Assembly (NCBI GenBank): GCA_000002445.1
Contig: CM000208.1
Span: 128,001 to 192,000 of the forward strand
Direction of reading: 5' to 3'
DNA from: Trypanosoma brucei
Lineage: Eukaryota
Length of the DNA: 64,000 nucleotides
The first letter of the stretch is position 1. Each line of letters opens with the position of its first letter. The notes beneath the pieces were generated by a model. The model searched no databases and was not told the DNA's origin. It worked only from the letters and a program-made list of their open reading frames with translations. Both the position numbers and the translations under genes were made by a program. Positions 54,291 to 64,000 of this stretch are shown here, one piece after another.

Positions 54291-57200
54291 ATGCCAAAGA
54301 AGAGTGAACCGGTCGCACCCGTCACCTCTGCGCGTTCCAGCTCACCCACTTGCAGGCCCCCTGTTCATCCAAGTTCTTTGGGGGAATGGGTAAATGATTC
54401 CGTTAATCAGGAGAATGTAAAGGGTGAGGCTGCCAACAGGTTTCATCCAGAGAGCATGCGGGGCGTAGACTCGCTTTTCTACCGACCACCTGTTCAACAG
54501 ATGAAGACCCCGCCACGTGGAGGTCCTCTTGGGGAGGTAAATGCGGACCCACTCGGTGAACTTGAGGCAATACTCACGTATGTGGAGCACGTTACCGTTT
54601 CTCTCACACGGCGCGAGCGCGTCTCTCCACCACCGGAATCCTTGCGCACGCTGCATGGCTCACTTGTCACGTTCCGTCGCGCGGTAAACACGTCGGACCG
54701 TGAGAGCACAACAAGGCGGGCACTCGCTGCGGAGCTTCACGACCAAGCGGCCACTTTACTTGCGTGGATTGCAAGACTGGAGTACGTATCGATTTCACAA
54801 AGCATTTCCTTAAGGGAGCTGGAGAAGGAGGTTGGTGCATCGGCAGCAAACATCGATGCTGTACTCGATGCCATAGAGGTGCGTTACCGCAATCACGACG
54901 TGGCGGATGTACAAGAGTTCTTCATGGGGAGCAGGGAGACTTTGAAAAGCTGCCGCAGCGCCGTCAGTGATCTAGTAGGAGGCGCACGTAAGGTGCTCGT
55001 GCTGCGTCGTGCTGTGGCCTCACGAGAAGCAGTGCGTGTTAAGGAGCTGTTTGGTGAGTATTGGGGAAACAAGGGCGGGGGAGGGACAGTGCGGATTGTA
55101 TGCCCGTTTGTTGATTGGGTGGAGAAGAGTTGGTTTCCTGCGATAGAAAAGTGGGAGGCGATCGTTTCGGGGGCAAAAAAGGAGGCGGAGTTGGGTGACG
55201 TTAAGGGCGCGTTCGCTCGCGCGCAGCGGCTGGCGTTGACGGAAAGCAGTATGATAGGTAAGATCATTCAACCCGGTGAGACGTTATCTGAACTCCTGCA
55301 CCAGTACCTGGAGGAGCCCCTTGCAGCGGTGGAGCAATCCCTAAAACGGAGGAAGAGCCGTATGGAGGCGTTGCGGGTGGCCATGACAACCAAGGATGGG
55401 AAGAGGTTGGCGGAATGTCTCTGTGCTGTCGAGGAGTTGCGCGCTGGAAAAGAACTGTCAGCCGAAGACACTGAACTAGCGGAGAAGGCAAGGAAGCAGA
55501 TTGTACATCTACAGCAGGTAGGGAATATAACGATGGCTTTGCGCTTGGCTGTTCAGGCGGGCGAAACGGTAACTCTCTTTCGTACAATTCATCAGGCGAA
55601 TGAGCTTTTGTTGCAACTTGGCATTGTGGGTAACCCCGAGGCCGGTGAAGAGACGGTTCAGCGCTGTAATACCTTGCTTAGGGAAATGCAGAATCTTCCC
55701 TCTGGAGTGTCGCTCACAGACTTCGTTGTGAAGCGTGTGAACCCTATGAAAATGAACCTTGCGCACGTGCCCTCGCACGTTTGGACGTCGGAAACAACGG
55801 CAGCGTACCAAGCGGCCTGGCAGCGGCTTGCTACCCGGGCGATGCAAGGTCTTTGTCGCTTTCAACACGAAAGTGATCCTGAATCTGATAGCGGTACTGC
55901 CCATGGTCTACACACAAGGAGCAATAGTGGGTTGAGTTGCGGGTCGCACAGCGTCAGGGGAGGCGGAAATGCGATCGCGGCGTTCACACGTACGCGGACT
56001 CAACAAACTGAGGTGGGAAATCCACAAAATGAATGGTCACATGTACAATTTGGTTCATGGGTCGAACCAGCAGCAAGCGAACGAGCACTAGCAGGAAGGG
56101 CGCGTTCCTCTGATGTGGATGGATTTAAGCTCAAGATCCACTTCGAGGCGCAGTTGCGCGTGCTGCGAATCCAAGGAACTGAAACGTGCACCTTTGATGA
56201 AGTGTATAAGAGGGTGCACGACTTGTGCACACAGCAGACGGCGCTGCATCATCGACCAGCGGGGCAGAAACTCCGGTTACGATATGAAGATGCTGAAGGA
56301 GACTGTATATCCCTGCTTACGCAGGAAGACTGGAACGTATTTATTAGTGAACAAGCACCTAGCGGACTGCGTGGTGCAAAACTAGAGATCTACTGTGACT
56401 TCCCGCCGGTACCCTCCCAAAGTACACTCGATCGTACGCCGCTTTCAACTACTTCAAAGGACGGAGGAAGCAGCCCAACCGTTAAGAATACCCCTCAGAC
56501 CACCACATCTGCGCGGTTAGCGACGGGCGGTACACAGATGAAACCGCTATTAGAGTCGGACCAAGCTAAGGGTGCCAAACCATCACGGTGTCAGAGTGCC
56601 GGCATTGCTCACCGTAGGGGAAATGGTGTTTCTAGATTAGTGTCGAACAGACGAGTTTCCCATGACGATTTCCATGTTCCGAAGCAGACTCCAAAAACGC
56701 CTGCAGGCATGGGAACTTCTGCAGATGGTGGAAAGGATGCGCTTGAGATTGGGGTCCCAAGAGACTTCGACGCAGCAGTCCACGAGAGGGAAGTGCCAAA
56801 AAGGATTGGCGCGGCACCTTCAGTGTCGTATACGCAACCTCGCGCGTTTCCTGTGAAGCAAACAACCTCCTCTGGTAACGCTATGCGTGTCTCACCTAAG
56901 GTTGGGAGGCCGTTGGGAACTGCAGCTGAAGCGAAGAAGTTACGAACCCCACCAAAGTTAGTTGGAGGTGACGTGAAAAATGCAGTGCGTGGAGCTGGAC
57001 TTGCGGGGAACCTGGCGGTAGAGGAACCGGTTGAGGCCATTGAAGCTAAGAAGTGGAAGGATGATGAGACGGGAATGGAGTCGGATGTTGTTACCTCAAC
57101 TATAAGCCAAGCACGAACCCCCATTTCGCAAAGGAAAGCTCCTTCCAGGGTGGTGTCTGCCATGAAGCAAACTGTCCCTAGAAGCGCAGTAACTGGGCAC

Positions 57201-57542
57201 CATGTCAATTCCCGCGTCAGAAACGCACCCGTGGGTGGCATACCGTGCGATGCAGCAGTGGTGGAAGAGAAGCGTGAGTGGAGTGTATACCATTTTAGGC
57301 CAAGTGAAATTCACCCCGTGGCGAACGATCGGGAGGAAACACCGCCGTCAGTGGGAAGTCGTGTAAAAGGTGCTCTCGTTACAGAGCGTTTAAGCGGTTC
57401 TAGTTCCACCTCCATCCCGAATTCGACAACAACCCTTAATGGTGGTGCCAAGAAGGCGGAAGCTCTGATTAGGTATAGACAACTACGCGAAGAAAAGCAA
57501 AGAGCTCTTAAGGCTGCTGTTCAGAAACGAATTAGTAAGTAG
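54291..57542 (+). CDS. Conserved hypothetical protein (1083 aa)
   Basis: ATG start, long ORF in the + polycistron. The N-terminal half is helical. The C-terminal 450 aa are S/T/P/K-rich and disordered. No family recognised. Confidence 0.6.
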   Translation: MPKKSEPVAPVTSARSSSPTCRPPVHPSSLGEWVNDSVNQENVKGEAANRFHPESMRGVDSLFYRPPVQQMKTPPRGGPLGEVNADPLGELEAILTYVEHVTVSLTRRERVSPPPESLRTLHGSLVTFRRAVNTSDRESTTRRALAAELHDQAATLLAWIARLEYVSISQSISLRELEKEVGASAANIDAVLDAIEVRYRNHDVADVQEFFMGSRETLKSCRSAVSDLVGGARKVLVLRRAVASREAVRVKELFGEYWGNKGGGGTVRIVCPFVDWVEKSWFPAIEKWEAIVSGAKKEAELGDVKGAFARAQRLALTESSMIGKIIQPGETLSELLHQYLEEPLAAVEQSLKRRKSRMEALRVAMTTKDGKRLAECLCAVEELRAGKELSAEDTELAEKARKQIVHLQQVGNITMALRLAVQAGETVTLFRTIHQANELLLQLGIVGNPEAGEETVQRCNTLLREMQNLPSGVSLTDFVVKRVNPMKMNLAHVPSHVWTSETTAAYQAAWQRLATRAMQGLCRFQHESDPESDSGTAHGLHTRSNSGLSCGSHSVRGGGNAIAAFTRTRTQQTEVGNPQNEWSHVQFGSWVEPAASERALAGRARSSDVDGFKLKIHFEAQLRVLRIQGTETCTFDEVYKRVHDLCTQQTALHHRPAGQKLRLRYEDAEGDCISLLTQEDWNVFISEQAPSGLRGAKLEIYCDFPPVPSQSTLDRTPLSTTSKDGGSSPTVKNTPQTTTSARLATGGTQMKPLLESDQAKGAKPSRCQSAGIAHRRGNGVSRLVSNRRVSHDDFHVPKQTPKTPAGMGTSADGGKDALEIGVPRDFDAAVHEREVPKRIGAAPSVSYTQPRAFPVKQTTSSGNAMRVSPKVGRPLGTAAEAKKLRTPPKLVGGDVKNAVRGAGLAGNLAVEEPVEAIEAKKWKDDETGMESDVVTSTISQARTPISQRKAPSRVVSAMKQTVPRSAVTGHHVNSRVRNAPVGGIPCDAAVVEEKREWSVYHFRPSEIHPVANDREETPPSVGSRVKGALVTERLSGSSSTSIPNSTTTLNGGAKKAEALIRYRQLREEKQRALKAAVQKRISK

Positions 57543-58530
57543 AGTACTTGAATGCCTTATATCGTGCTTGTACTATTTCTGATCCCCTCTGTAGCATTCA
57601 CTATCATCACGTTGCAAGGTACATGTTACCCGTATGTTTGTACGAGTAATATATGTGCATTCAGATACAACCGTTGCGGATGTACCAATTGTCGACGAAA
57701 GATTTCGTTAGTAATTCTATACCATTTTTTTCCTTTTTTTTTTCGGAGTGGTGTTGGTCATGCTGTCTCTTTTTCCGTTTGTGTGTGTTGTGTATGCCTT
57801 AAAACAAGGTGTGGTGGTTTTTGTGGAAGCAGAGTGCTTTAACGCTCTCGCGTTTTCTTGTACGCGCCACTTCGGTATTTTCGTTTTGTTTGCCTTTGTT
57901 TGTTTTCCCTCTTCTCTTTTTCACTTTTTTTGTTTCAGTTATAAAAATAATTTTTTTTTTCAATATTCCCTCACCGTTTATTGATATATGGTAGCTTCCA
58001 CAATGCTTTGAAGGTTGTGAAGGGGGTTAACTAGGGGCTGCTTAAGGTTGTACGCGGAGTGATTTAAAAAAGATAATAAATTGTGAAAAGGGGGACGCGG
58101 TTGTGCGTGTCACCCCGATTTAAAGATTTCACATACATACCACCACTTAAGGAGTGAGTACATCAGGGAAAAGGGACTCAAGCGAATTGCGGGTAAGGTG
58201 CCTCTCACGTGACGTTGTTAGATGCTGCTGGTGTCGCTACTGTTAGGATATCTACACGACCTCTCGCTATTGTTCAATTTGGTTATTTTACTTCGTTTTC
58301 TTTTGTCCGAGTTGTCGGGATTCGTTGCATTCTTCTTAACAGTGGATATTCTGTTGTATTTTTTAACTTTCCTGGCGTTTTCATTAGTTTCGCTGCTTTC
58401 CTTTAAAATTTTTTTTGTGCACCTGGAACGGCTAGTTTGCTCATATACATTTTTGTGACTGTAGCTGTGTTTGTCTGAAGTTCTAGCTGACACTCAACGG
58501 GGATTTTTATTGATATTGTAGAGAGAATTC

Positions 58531-59937
58531 ATGTCGTCCACGCCCGAGGTTGCGGATGCGCTCTTCCACGTGCGAAAAACGGGATTCGTAGATGAAACCA
58601 TGACGCAGGTGCTTGAGCAGCTTTTTGACTGCCCGCAGCATGGAAGGGTGTTGGAGACCTATATGAGGGGAAGGCACGAGGACATCTGCATGGTGCTGAT
58701 CAAAACGCTTGCAACTACGCATAATAAAAGCACTCTTGGTGTTCTGTTGCGGTTGTTTGCGGATCTCGCTCGATCGTCAACCGTAATGGGAAAGACGCTG
58801 GGACTGTGTTCATCAGTGCTGGTAGACCAGGAAGACCCCGTTCAGATGTTCCTTTACCTCGCCACCACACACAGTCGCGACCGAATGATTTCAGACCCCG
58901 CCCTGTATTTAGCTGCGACGACGTTGCGGTATGCCGATCCGAAGCTTAATGAGGAGTCGTTGGAGCGTTTCTTTGCTATTGTGAACGAGTCCCTTTCGGT
59001 TAACCCGTTACAGGTTGAAGCGGTTAGCTTTACAGTTCATAACTGCGCGATTATGGCCCACGCGAAAGCGCTACGCCACTACTTCTTTGACAACAAACTG
59101 GTGCAATACTTTCCACGGCTTCTTACTGACACCATAGGCGATGATGCAGCGAGTCTTGTTCAGTTGACATACGAGGTGCTGGTTGTGACGTGGTTACTCT
59201 CCTATGAGGTTGACGGGGTCGTCTCCCTGCAGGAACACAAGATGTTGCCACATATTCACCGTGTTATACAACGTATGCAAAAAGAGAAATGTATCCGCGT
59301 CGCGTTGATGGTCCTTTGGAATTTCGTGCAGGCGGAGCGCCAGTACATGGACGCAGTGACCAATCCTTCCGACGCCACATGGGTTTCGGACGAAATATTT
59401 AAACTTGCGCGAGTGAATGGAGGAAAGGGTCCCTCCTTTATTGCTGAGATGGTGGGTGTTGGAATGTTGAAGACGCTAACTCAGCTTGCTCGCCGTAAGT
59501 TTGGTGACGAGGATATAAGTGAACTCATACAAGACTTGCTGAATGTGCTTGAAAACAGCATGGAAACCTTAACTAGCTTCTCGGAATACCGTGGTGAAGT
59601 ACTTAGCGGGTCTCTTGAGTGGACTCCAGTGCACACCTGTGCGAAATTTTGGCAGAGCAATATTATGCAGTTTGAGAAAAACGGCTATGAGGTGCTGGAA
59701 GCATTGGGTAATATAATTATGAATTCCACCAACAGCCTTACTCTCGCTGTTGCATGCCATGACATTGGTGAGATTGTCCGGCATCACCCAACAGGCCGTG
59801 CGCTGCTGCAGTTACCGCAGTTGGAAGGTGTCATGGCTCGTGTTATGGAGCTGATGTCACACGAGACTCCTGAGGTAGCCAAAAATGCCCTTCTCTCAGT
59901 ACAGAAGATTATGGTTCAACGGTGGGAGTGCATTTAA
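58531..59937 (+). CDS. V-type H+-ATPase subunit H
   Basis: 468 aa with ATG start. The C-terminal domain (VHTCAKFWQSNIMQFEKNGYEVLEALGNII...LAVACHDIGEIVRHHPTGRALLQLPQLEGVMARVMELMSHETPEVAKNALLSVQKIM) matches the V-ATPase H C-terminal consensus. The N-terminus is armadillo-like. Confidence 0.8.
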   Translation: MSSTPEVADALFHVRKTGFVDETMTQVLEQLFDCPQHGRVLETYMRGRHEDICMVLIKTLATTHNKSTLGVLLRLFADLARSSTVMGKTLGLCSSVLVDQEDPVQMFLYLATTHSRDRMISDPALYLAATTLRYADPKLNEESLERFFAIVNESLSVNPLQVEAVSFTVHNCAIMAHAKALRHYFFDNKLVQYFPRLLTDTIGDDAASLVQLTYEVLVVTWLLSYEVDGVVSLQEHKMLPHIHRVIQRMQKEKCIRVALMVLWNFVQAERQYMDAVTNPSDATWVSDEIFKLARVNGGKGPSFIAEMVGVGMLKTLTQLARRKFGDEDISELIQDLLNVLENSMETLTSFSEYRGEVLSGSLEWTPVHTCAKFWQSNIMQFEKNGYEVLEALGNIIMNSTNSLTLAVACHDIGEIVRHHPTGRALLQLPQLEGVMARVMELMSHETPEVAKNALLSVQKIMVQRWECI

Positions 59938-61599
59938 ATTCGGTTCCACGGGGGTTTGGAGGTGGGCAAGGAAAGCTCACGTAAGGGATGAAAATAAGAC
60001 CCACCGGGGATTGAAGGTATATGGCTTCGTTTGGTGGTGCAGCGATATTTATGAAGTTGTGATGTGGAAGGGGAGCGCCGGTATACATATATGATATGTA
60101 TACAAAAGCGTATATATATGTGTGTGTCCCTTCTATTTTCTTTCACAACTGAAGACTCTCTTTACGCTCTTTTTTGGTGTGATTCGTCCTCCTCCTTCAC
60201 TCAGTGGTGTGCTAATGAGGGATGGAGACGGTCCTACGTGTGTATTCTTTGCTATTGTTTCATGCTTAACGAAATTTTCATTGGAGGCGCCATAGTTGTT
60301 TCCGCCATTGCCCATTTTAGGTACTTTTGGTGCATGTCTTTGCTGAATTTAGGAATAAGTTACAGAACACCCCAACAAAAAGAGGGGTAAAACATTGGGT
60401 AGTATTTTAAAAAAGCAGTCGGCGGTTGTGTTTTGTTTTGTTTTCGGTCCCGTCCCATCACTCCAGAAACATCGATTTGCCGCGAAGTGGGAGAGGGGGA
60501 AAGTATATGCATCCATTTTTTTTTTTTTTTTGAGCTTCTCCCTCGACCTTCGCCTGATGTCGTTTTGGTTTGCTCATGTGGTGTAAGATAACATTTGTTC
60601 CAACGAATTACCCCCTTGTTCATGCGCGCACACTCCCATATTATAATTTGCTTTTGTGGCAGGTTGATTCACCGATGTAGTGTTGAGTGCTGAACCTGAA
60701 ACGCAGTTCCTGGAGCATACCTTACAGCCTTTCTTTCCCCTTTTTGTTAGTATTTTCTGGTATCCACTGGAAGAAAAGGGAAGATTTAGCTGAAATATTA
60801 GGTTTTAATACTAGAGCCGATGTGGGCATGCATTTGCGCATTGTGTAGTTTCCAAGCTTGGAGGGCGGCCTTTATGAGTGTTCTGTTGTATAACAGCTAT
60901 GTTTTCCCTCTTCCGTCGGTTATGCCTCTTATGTTGGGCTTCCCCTCTTGCTCTCTCTCTCTCTATCTCTCTCTCATCGGATATTGCGTCCATATTTCTA
61001 ATGTGATCAGGGTACCAGTGAGGAGTTGTAAAACAACGGTTGCACGTTTCCTTGAACATCTGCGTACCAACGTCAGCCAACTTATCATGTTAAAACTCCT
61101 TGCGGTAACCGATATTCCTTGACACGTTTTTTTTTCAGAAATTCCCTCTCTTTTCCAGCAAGTGTGCGGTTTGTTGGTTTCGTATATGTTGTTATAATGG
61201 CGCTTAGTTTCTTCCACGTCATGTGCCCTTGACTCCGGGAGCGAATAGGGCGCCAAAGATTTGATGCGGGTACATTTTAAGTAAACATATCACTAATGCT
61301 ACGGAGGAAAAGCCGAGGGTCATTTATAGGGAGTATTCGTGTCTTCATGCAAAACAGGTATCAGCCGTGGTCGATTTAATCACCATGTTTACTGAACTTG
61401 GCATATTGTTACATGTTTTTTTTTTTGTGAACAGCACGCTCATGTCACTATTTACGGCCCCAGGTAGCGGTGCGCCCTTGACATTAGTTGCTGAAGCACC
61501 AGTCTTCTTACTATCTTACTCCTCTTCCTTTTGCTTCCCTTTTCCTTTTTATAACAATCAAAATATAGGAAAAGTCGAACCTGAGGACACGAACGTGGG

Positions 61600-64000
61600 A
61601 TGAGCTGCGAAAGCAACGGAGATATTGCTCAACCAGTGGTAGAAAAGGTTTCGAGACTGATAATACGTGACATTGACGTAGAGAATTTCAAATCGTACGC
61701 GGGAAAGCACCGCATCGGACCGTTTCATAAGACATTTGCGACGGTTGTTGGACCTAATGGCTCCGGAAAGTCTAACGTTATTGATGCAATGCTCTTCGTG
61801 TTTGGAAAGAATGCGAGGAAGATCCGTTTGGAGAAACTCTCTGAACTTATTCATACCTCTGCGGCGCATCCAAATTTCACATATGCCTCAGTAACAGTGC
61901 ATTTTGTACGCTTACGCGAGAGTGCAGAACAGCAACGGGACCCGAACCAACGTGAGGAAATCCCAAACAGTGTACTTTCCATTAAGAGGGAGGTGTATAA
62001 AACCGGTGCCTCTCAATATTTCATTCAAGGCACCAGAACAACACAACGGGAGGTCGTGGAGACGCTCATCAAAGAGGGTGTAGACCTGGAACACAACCGG
62101 TTTCTTATTCTTCAAGGTGAAGTGGAGCAAATTGCGCTCATGAAACCTAAAGCAGAGCGTGAGGGTGAGGAGGGTTTACTTGAGTACCTTGATGACCTTA
62201 TAGGAACTAACGACTTTGCACAGTGCATATCAGAGGCGACACGGGAAGCGGAAGCGGCGCAACAACAGCGTTTAGACGCCTTGGATCGCGAGCGTAAGCT
62301 ACGCGCTGAACGGGAGGCGCTAGACTCCGCCAAGAATAGTGCGATAGAATTCGTCAAGAAAGACAATTTACAACAAAAGACGTTGATTGTACTCTGCCAG
62401 CTGAGGATGCAAGTTGTCGAAGAGAAGCTCGCTGAACCCCGTCGTCTTCTGAAAGAAATAGACAACCGTGTCGAAAAATTGAAGGTGACTGTGGATGAAA
62501 AAATGGCGGAGAAGTCAGCTGCTGAGGATGAGCTTCACAAACGGAAGAAAGAACTCGCTGAAGCAACGAAGGAGCGTGACGCAGCCCGTACAAAAAGAGA
62601 CGTTGCTCAGAAGGAGGTGGATCGTTTGAAATCCGGGGCCGATGAGCAGTCGAAGTCAAGGAAAGAAAAGGAAAAACAAATAAAAGATGCTGCAAGCGAC
62701 ATGCAAAAGGCTCAACTACAACAACAGGACGCGGATCGAGAGGCTGCCATCCATCAGCAGAATCTCAATGAAGCGCGAGAACAAGTAGAAAAACTTCAGA
62801 AAGAGTATGACGTCGCAACAGAGAGGTTTGTTAGCATCTTCACACCACTTCGCCAGGAGCTAGATAAGAAGAAGGCTGATTTTGCCCCATATGAAAAAGC
62901 TCTGGTGGAAGCAAAGGAGCAACTTGATACGGCCCAAAACCGCTTACAATTACTTGATGTTTCGGGGACGAAGCGGCAGGAACAGTTACATAACATTGCC
63001 TCTGCGTTACAATGTAACATGCGGCGTATTGAAGAAGTGGAGAGGCTCTTGAAAGGAGCTGATCCCAATAAATACAACGCGGAGCTAAAGGGTCTTCAAG
63101 AAACCCTTGCAAAAGCAGCAGAAAAGAAACACAGCATAAATGCTTCTATACAGGATATCAAGAATTCCTTTAGCGAAGGTGAAAGCGATGATCGGGCCGT
63201 TAGATTTCTTCTTCTGCAGCGCTCGCTCAAGGGCTACTATGGCACACTAAGACAACTTGGTCGCATTGATGACGCATACGATGTTGCAGCTGGTGTGGCA
63301 AGCAACGCGTGGTCTTATCACGTGGTGGAAGATCGGGAGACGGCAGCCAAAGCCCTCGAGTTGCTGCGCACGCATGACATTGGACGTGCCACAATGATTG
63401 TACTGAAGGAAATCGAACGGCAAATTGGAAACCGAATGGAAACACCCTTCACTTCACCAACCCCAAAGGCAAAGCGCTTGTTTGATCTTATTACCCCTGT
63501 CAATGACCGGTTCCGTATTGCCTTCTATCAGGCTTTAGGGAATACACTTGTGGTATCTGGTCTTACTGAGGCGCGTGAGGTGGCCTTTGGTGGTCCTCAA
63601 CGTTATCGTGTCGTAACGCTTCGTGGAGAGTTGGCAGAGCCCGGTGGGTCCTTAACGGGAGGCGGTAACACGCCACGTGGGGCGGGGCTGAAGGCAGCTC
63701 GACTTCCGGTAGACAAGGAGGCGGTGCGCGCAACTCTTCAAAACTTGCAAGCAGAGCTGGTGGAAGCGGCTCAAGCCGAGTGCGACGCCCAGAGTAGAAT
63801 ACATGAACTACGCGAAAAGCAGCGGCACCTCAATCCTGCTCAGATATCGCAACTTCATGTGGAATTAAACACGCTTCGTGTCACCGTGGAAGCGGATTCG
63901 CAGCGCCAGGCTCGGATAGAGCGGGAAATTAGGGAGGCTTCGCAAGAGAACGAGAGGAAACGGAGGGCGCTGGAGTGTGCTGTCGAGGAAGCAGAAAGAC
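61600..64000 (+). CDS. SMC4: Structural maintenance of chromosomes protein 4 (SMC4, condensin); 5' partial, the ORF runs past the window end
   Basis: ATG at 61600 follows an in-frame TGA at 61582. The ORF stays open to 64000, which is why it is absent from the track. The N-terminal Walker A head (FKSYAGKHRIGPFHKTFATVVGPNGSGKSNVIDAMLFVFG, NRFLILQGEVEQIA) is collinear with SMC4. A long coiled coil follows, and a hinge-like segment (LGNTLVVSGLTEAREVAFGG) is present. Confidence 0.88.
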   Translation, partial: MSCESNGDIAQPVVEKVSRLIIRDIDVENFKSYAGKHRIGPFHKTFATVVGPNGSGKSNVIDAMLFVFGKNARKIRLEKLSELIHTSAAHPNFTYASVTVHFVRLRESAEQQRDPNQREEIPNSVLSIKREVYKTGASQYFIQGTRTTQREVVETLIKEGVDLEHNRFLILQGEVEQIALMKPKAEREGEEGLLEYLDDLIGTNDFAQCISEATREAEAAQQQRLDALDRERKLRAEREALDSAKNSAIEFVKKDNLQQKTLIVLCQLRMQVVEEKLAEPRRLLKEIDNRVEKLKVTVDEKMAEKSAAEDELHKRKKELAEATKERDAARTKRDVAQKEVDRLKSGADEQSKSRKEKEKQIKDAASDMQKAQLQQQDADREAAIHQQNLNEAREQVEKLQKEYDVATERFVSIFTPLRQELDKKKADFAPYEKALVEAKEQLDTAQNRLQLLDVSGTKRQEQLHNIASALQCNMRRIEEVERLLKGADPNKYNAELKGLQETLAKAAEKKHSINASIQDIKNSFSEGESDDRAVRFLLLQRSLKGYYGTLRQLGRIDDAYDVAAGVASNAWSYHVVEDRETAAKALELLRTHDIGRATMIVLKEIERQIGNRMETPFTSPTPKAKRLFDLITPVNDRFRIAFYQALGNTLVVSGLTEAREVAFGGPQRYRVVTLRGELAEPGGSLTGGGNTPRGAGLKAARLPVDKEAVRATLQNLQAELVEAAQAECDAQSRIHELREKQRHLNPAQISQLHVELNTLRVTVEADSQRQARIEREIREASQENERKRRALECAVEEAER

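Noticed and set aside
1-64000. Search for CRISPR arrays, restriction-modification or toxin-antitoxin or defence-island gene sets, integrases, and retroelements (ingi/RIME/SLACS-like RT or endonuclease ORFs)
   Set aside because: There are no regularly spaced direct repeats. No ORF shows reverse-transcriptase, integrase, nuclease-ATPase or methyltransferase-nuclease pairings. The content is eukaryotic housekeeping genes in a unidirectional polycistron.

Overview
The window reads as a trypanosomatid (kinetoplastid) nuclear chromosome segment, most consistent with an African trypanosome such as T. brucei. The evidence is: about 45% GC, T-rich and (TA)n-rich intergenic DNA, and polypyrimidine tracts followed by AG just upstream of start codons (the trans-splicing signature). 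All credible genes sit on the + strand as one polycistronic unit, with no strand switch inside the window.

I can support 24 protein-coding genes, all on +.
- Recognised by family-level similarity from memory: SLC44/CTL choline-transporter-like protein, DEAD-box helicase Sub2/UAP56, ribosomal protein S11 (uS17), exocyst Sec8-like, PRMT5, CYB5D1, BCKDH E1-alpha, DUF393 (DCC-type thiol oxidoreductase), DUF971, DHHC palmitoyltransferase, V-ATPase subunit H, and the 5' part of SMC4, which runs off the window end.
- Lower-confidence domain calls: a metaxin-like tail-anchored GST-fold protein, a tandem HMG-box protein, and an RIIa-domain protein.
- The remainder are conserved hypothetical proteins that look kinetoplastid-restricted.

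Eleven ORF-track starts are GTG or TTG. I moved those to the first in-frame ATG.

Every minus-strand ORF looks like an antisense or low-complexity artefact. I found no rRNA or tRNA, no CRISPR array, and no prokaryote-type defence or mobile system. I cannot reliably detect snoRNAs or other small RNAs by eye.

I do not see evidence for a novel multi-gene system; this looks like a housekeeping polycistron. The most unusual features are structural:
- a perfect 42-bp inverted repeat upstream of SUB2;
- a G-quadruplex motif in a 3'UTR;
- a recurring purine-block then pyrimidine-tract layout between genes;
- several multi-kilobase ORF-free intervals.

All homology statements come from my recollection of family motifs, not from a database search.
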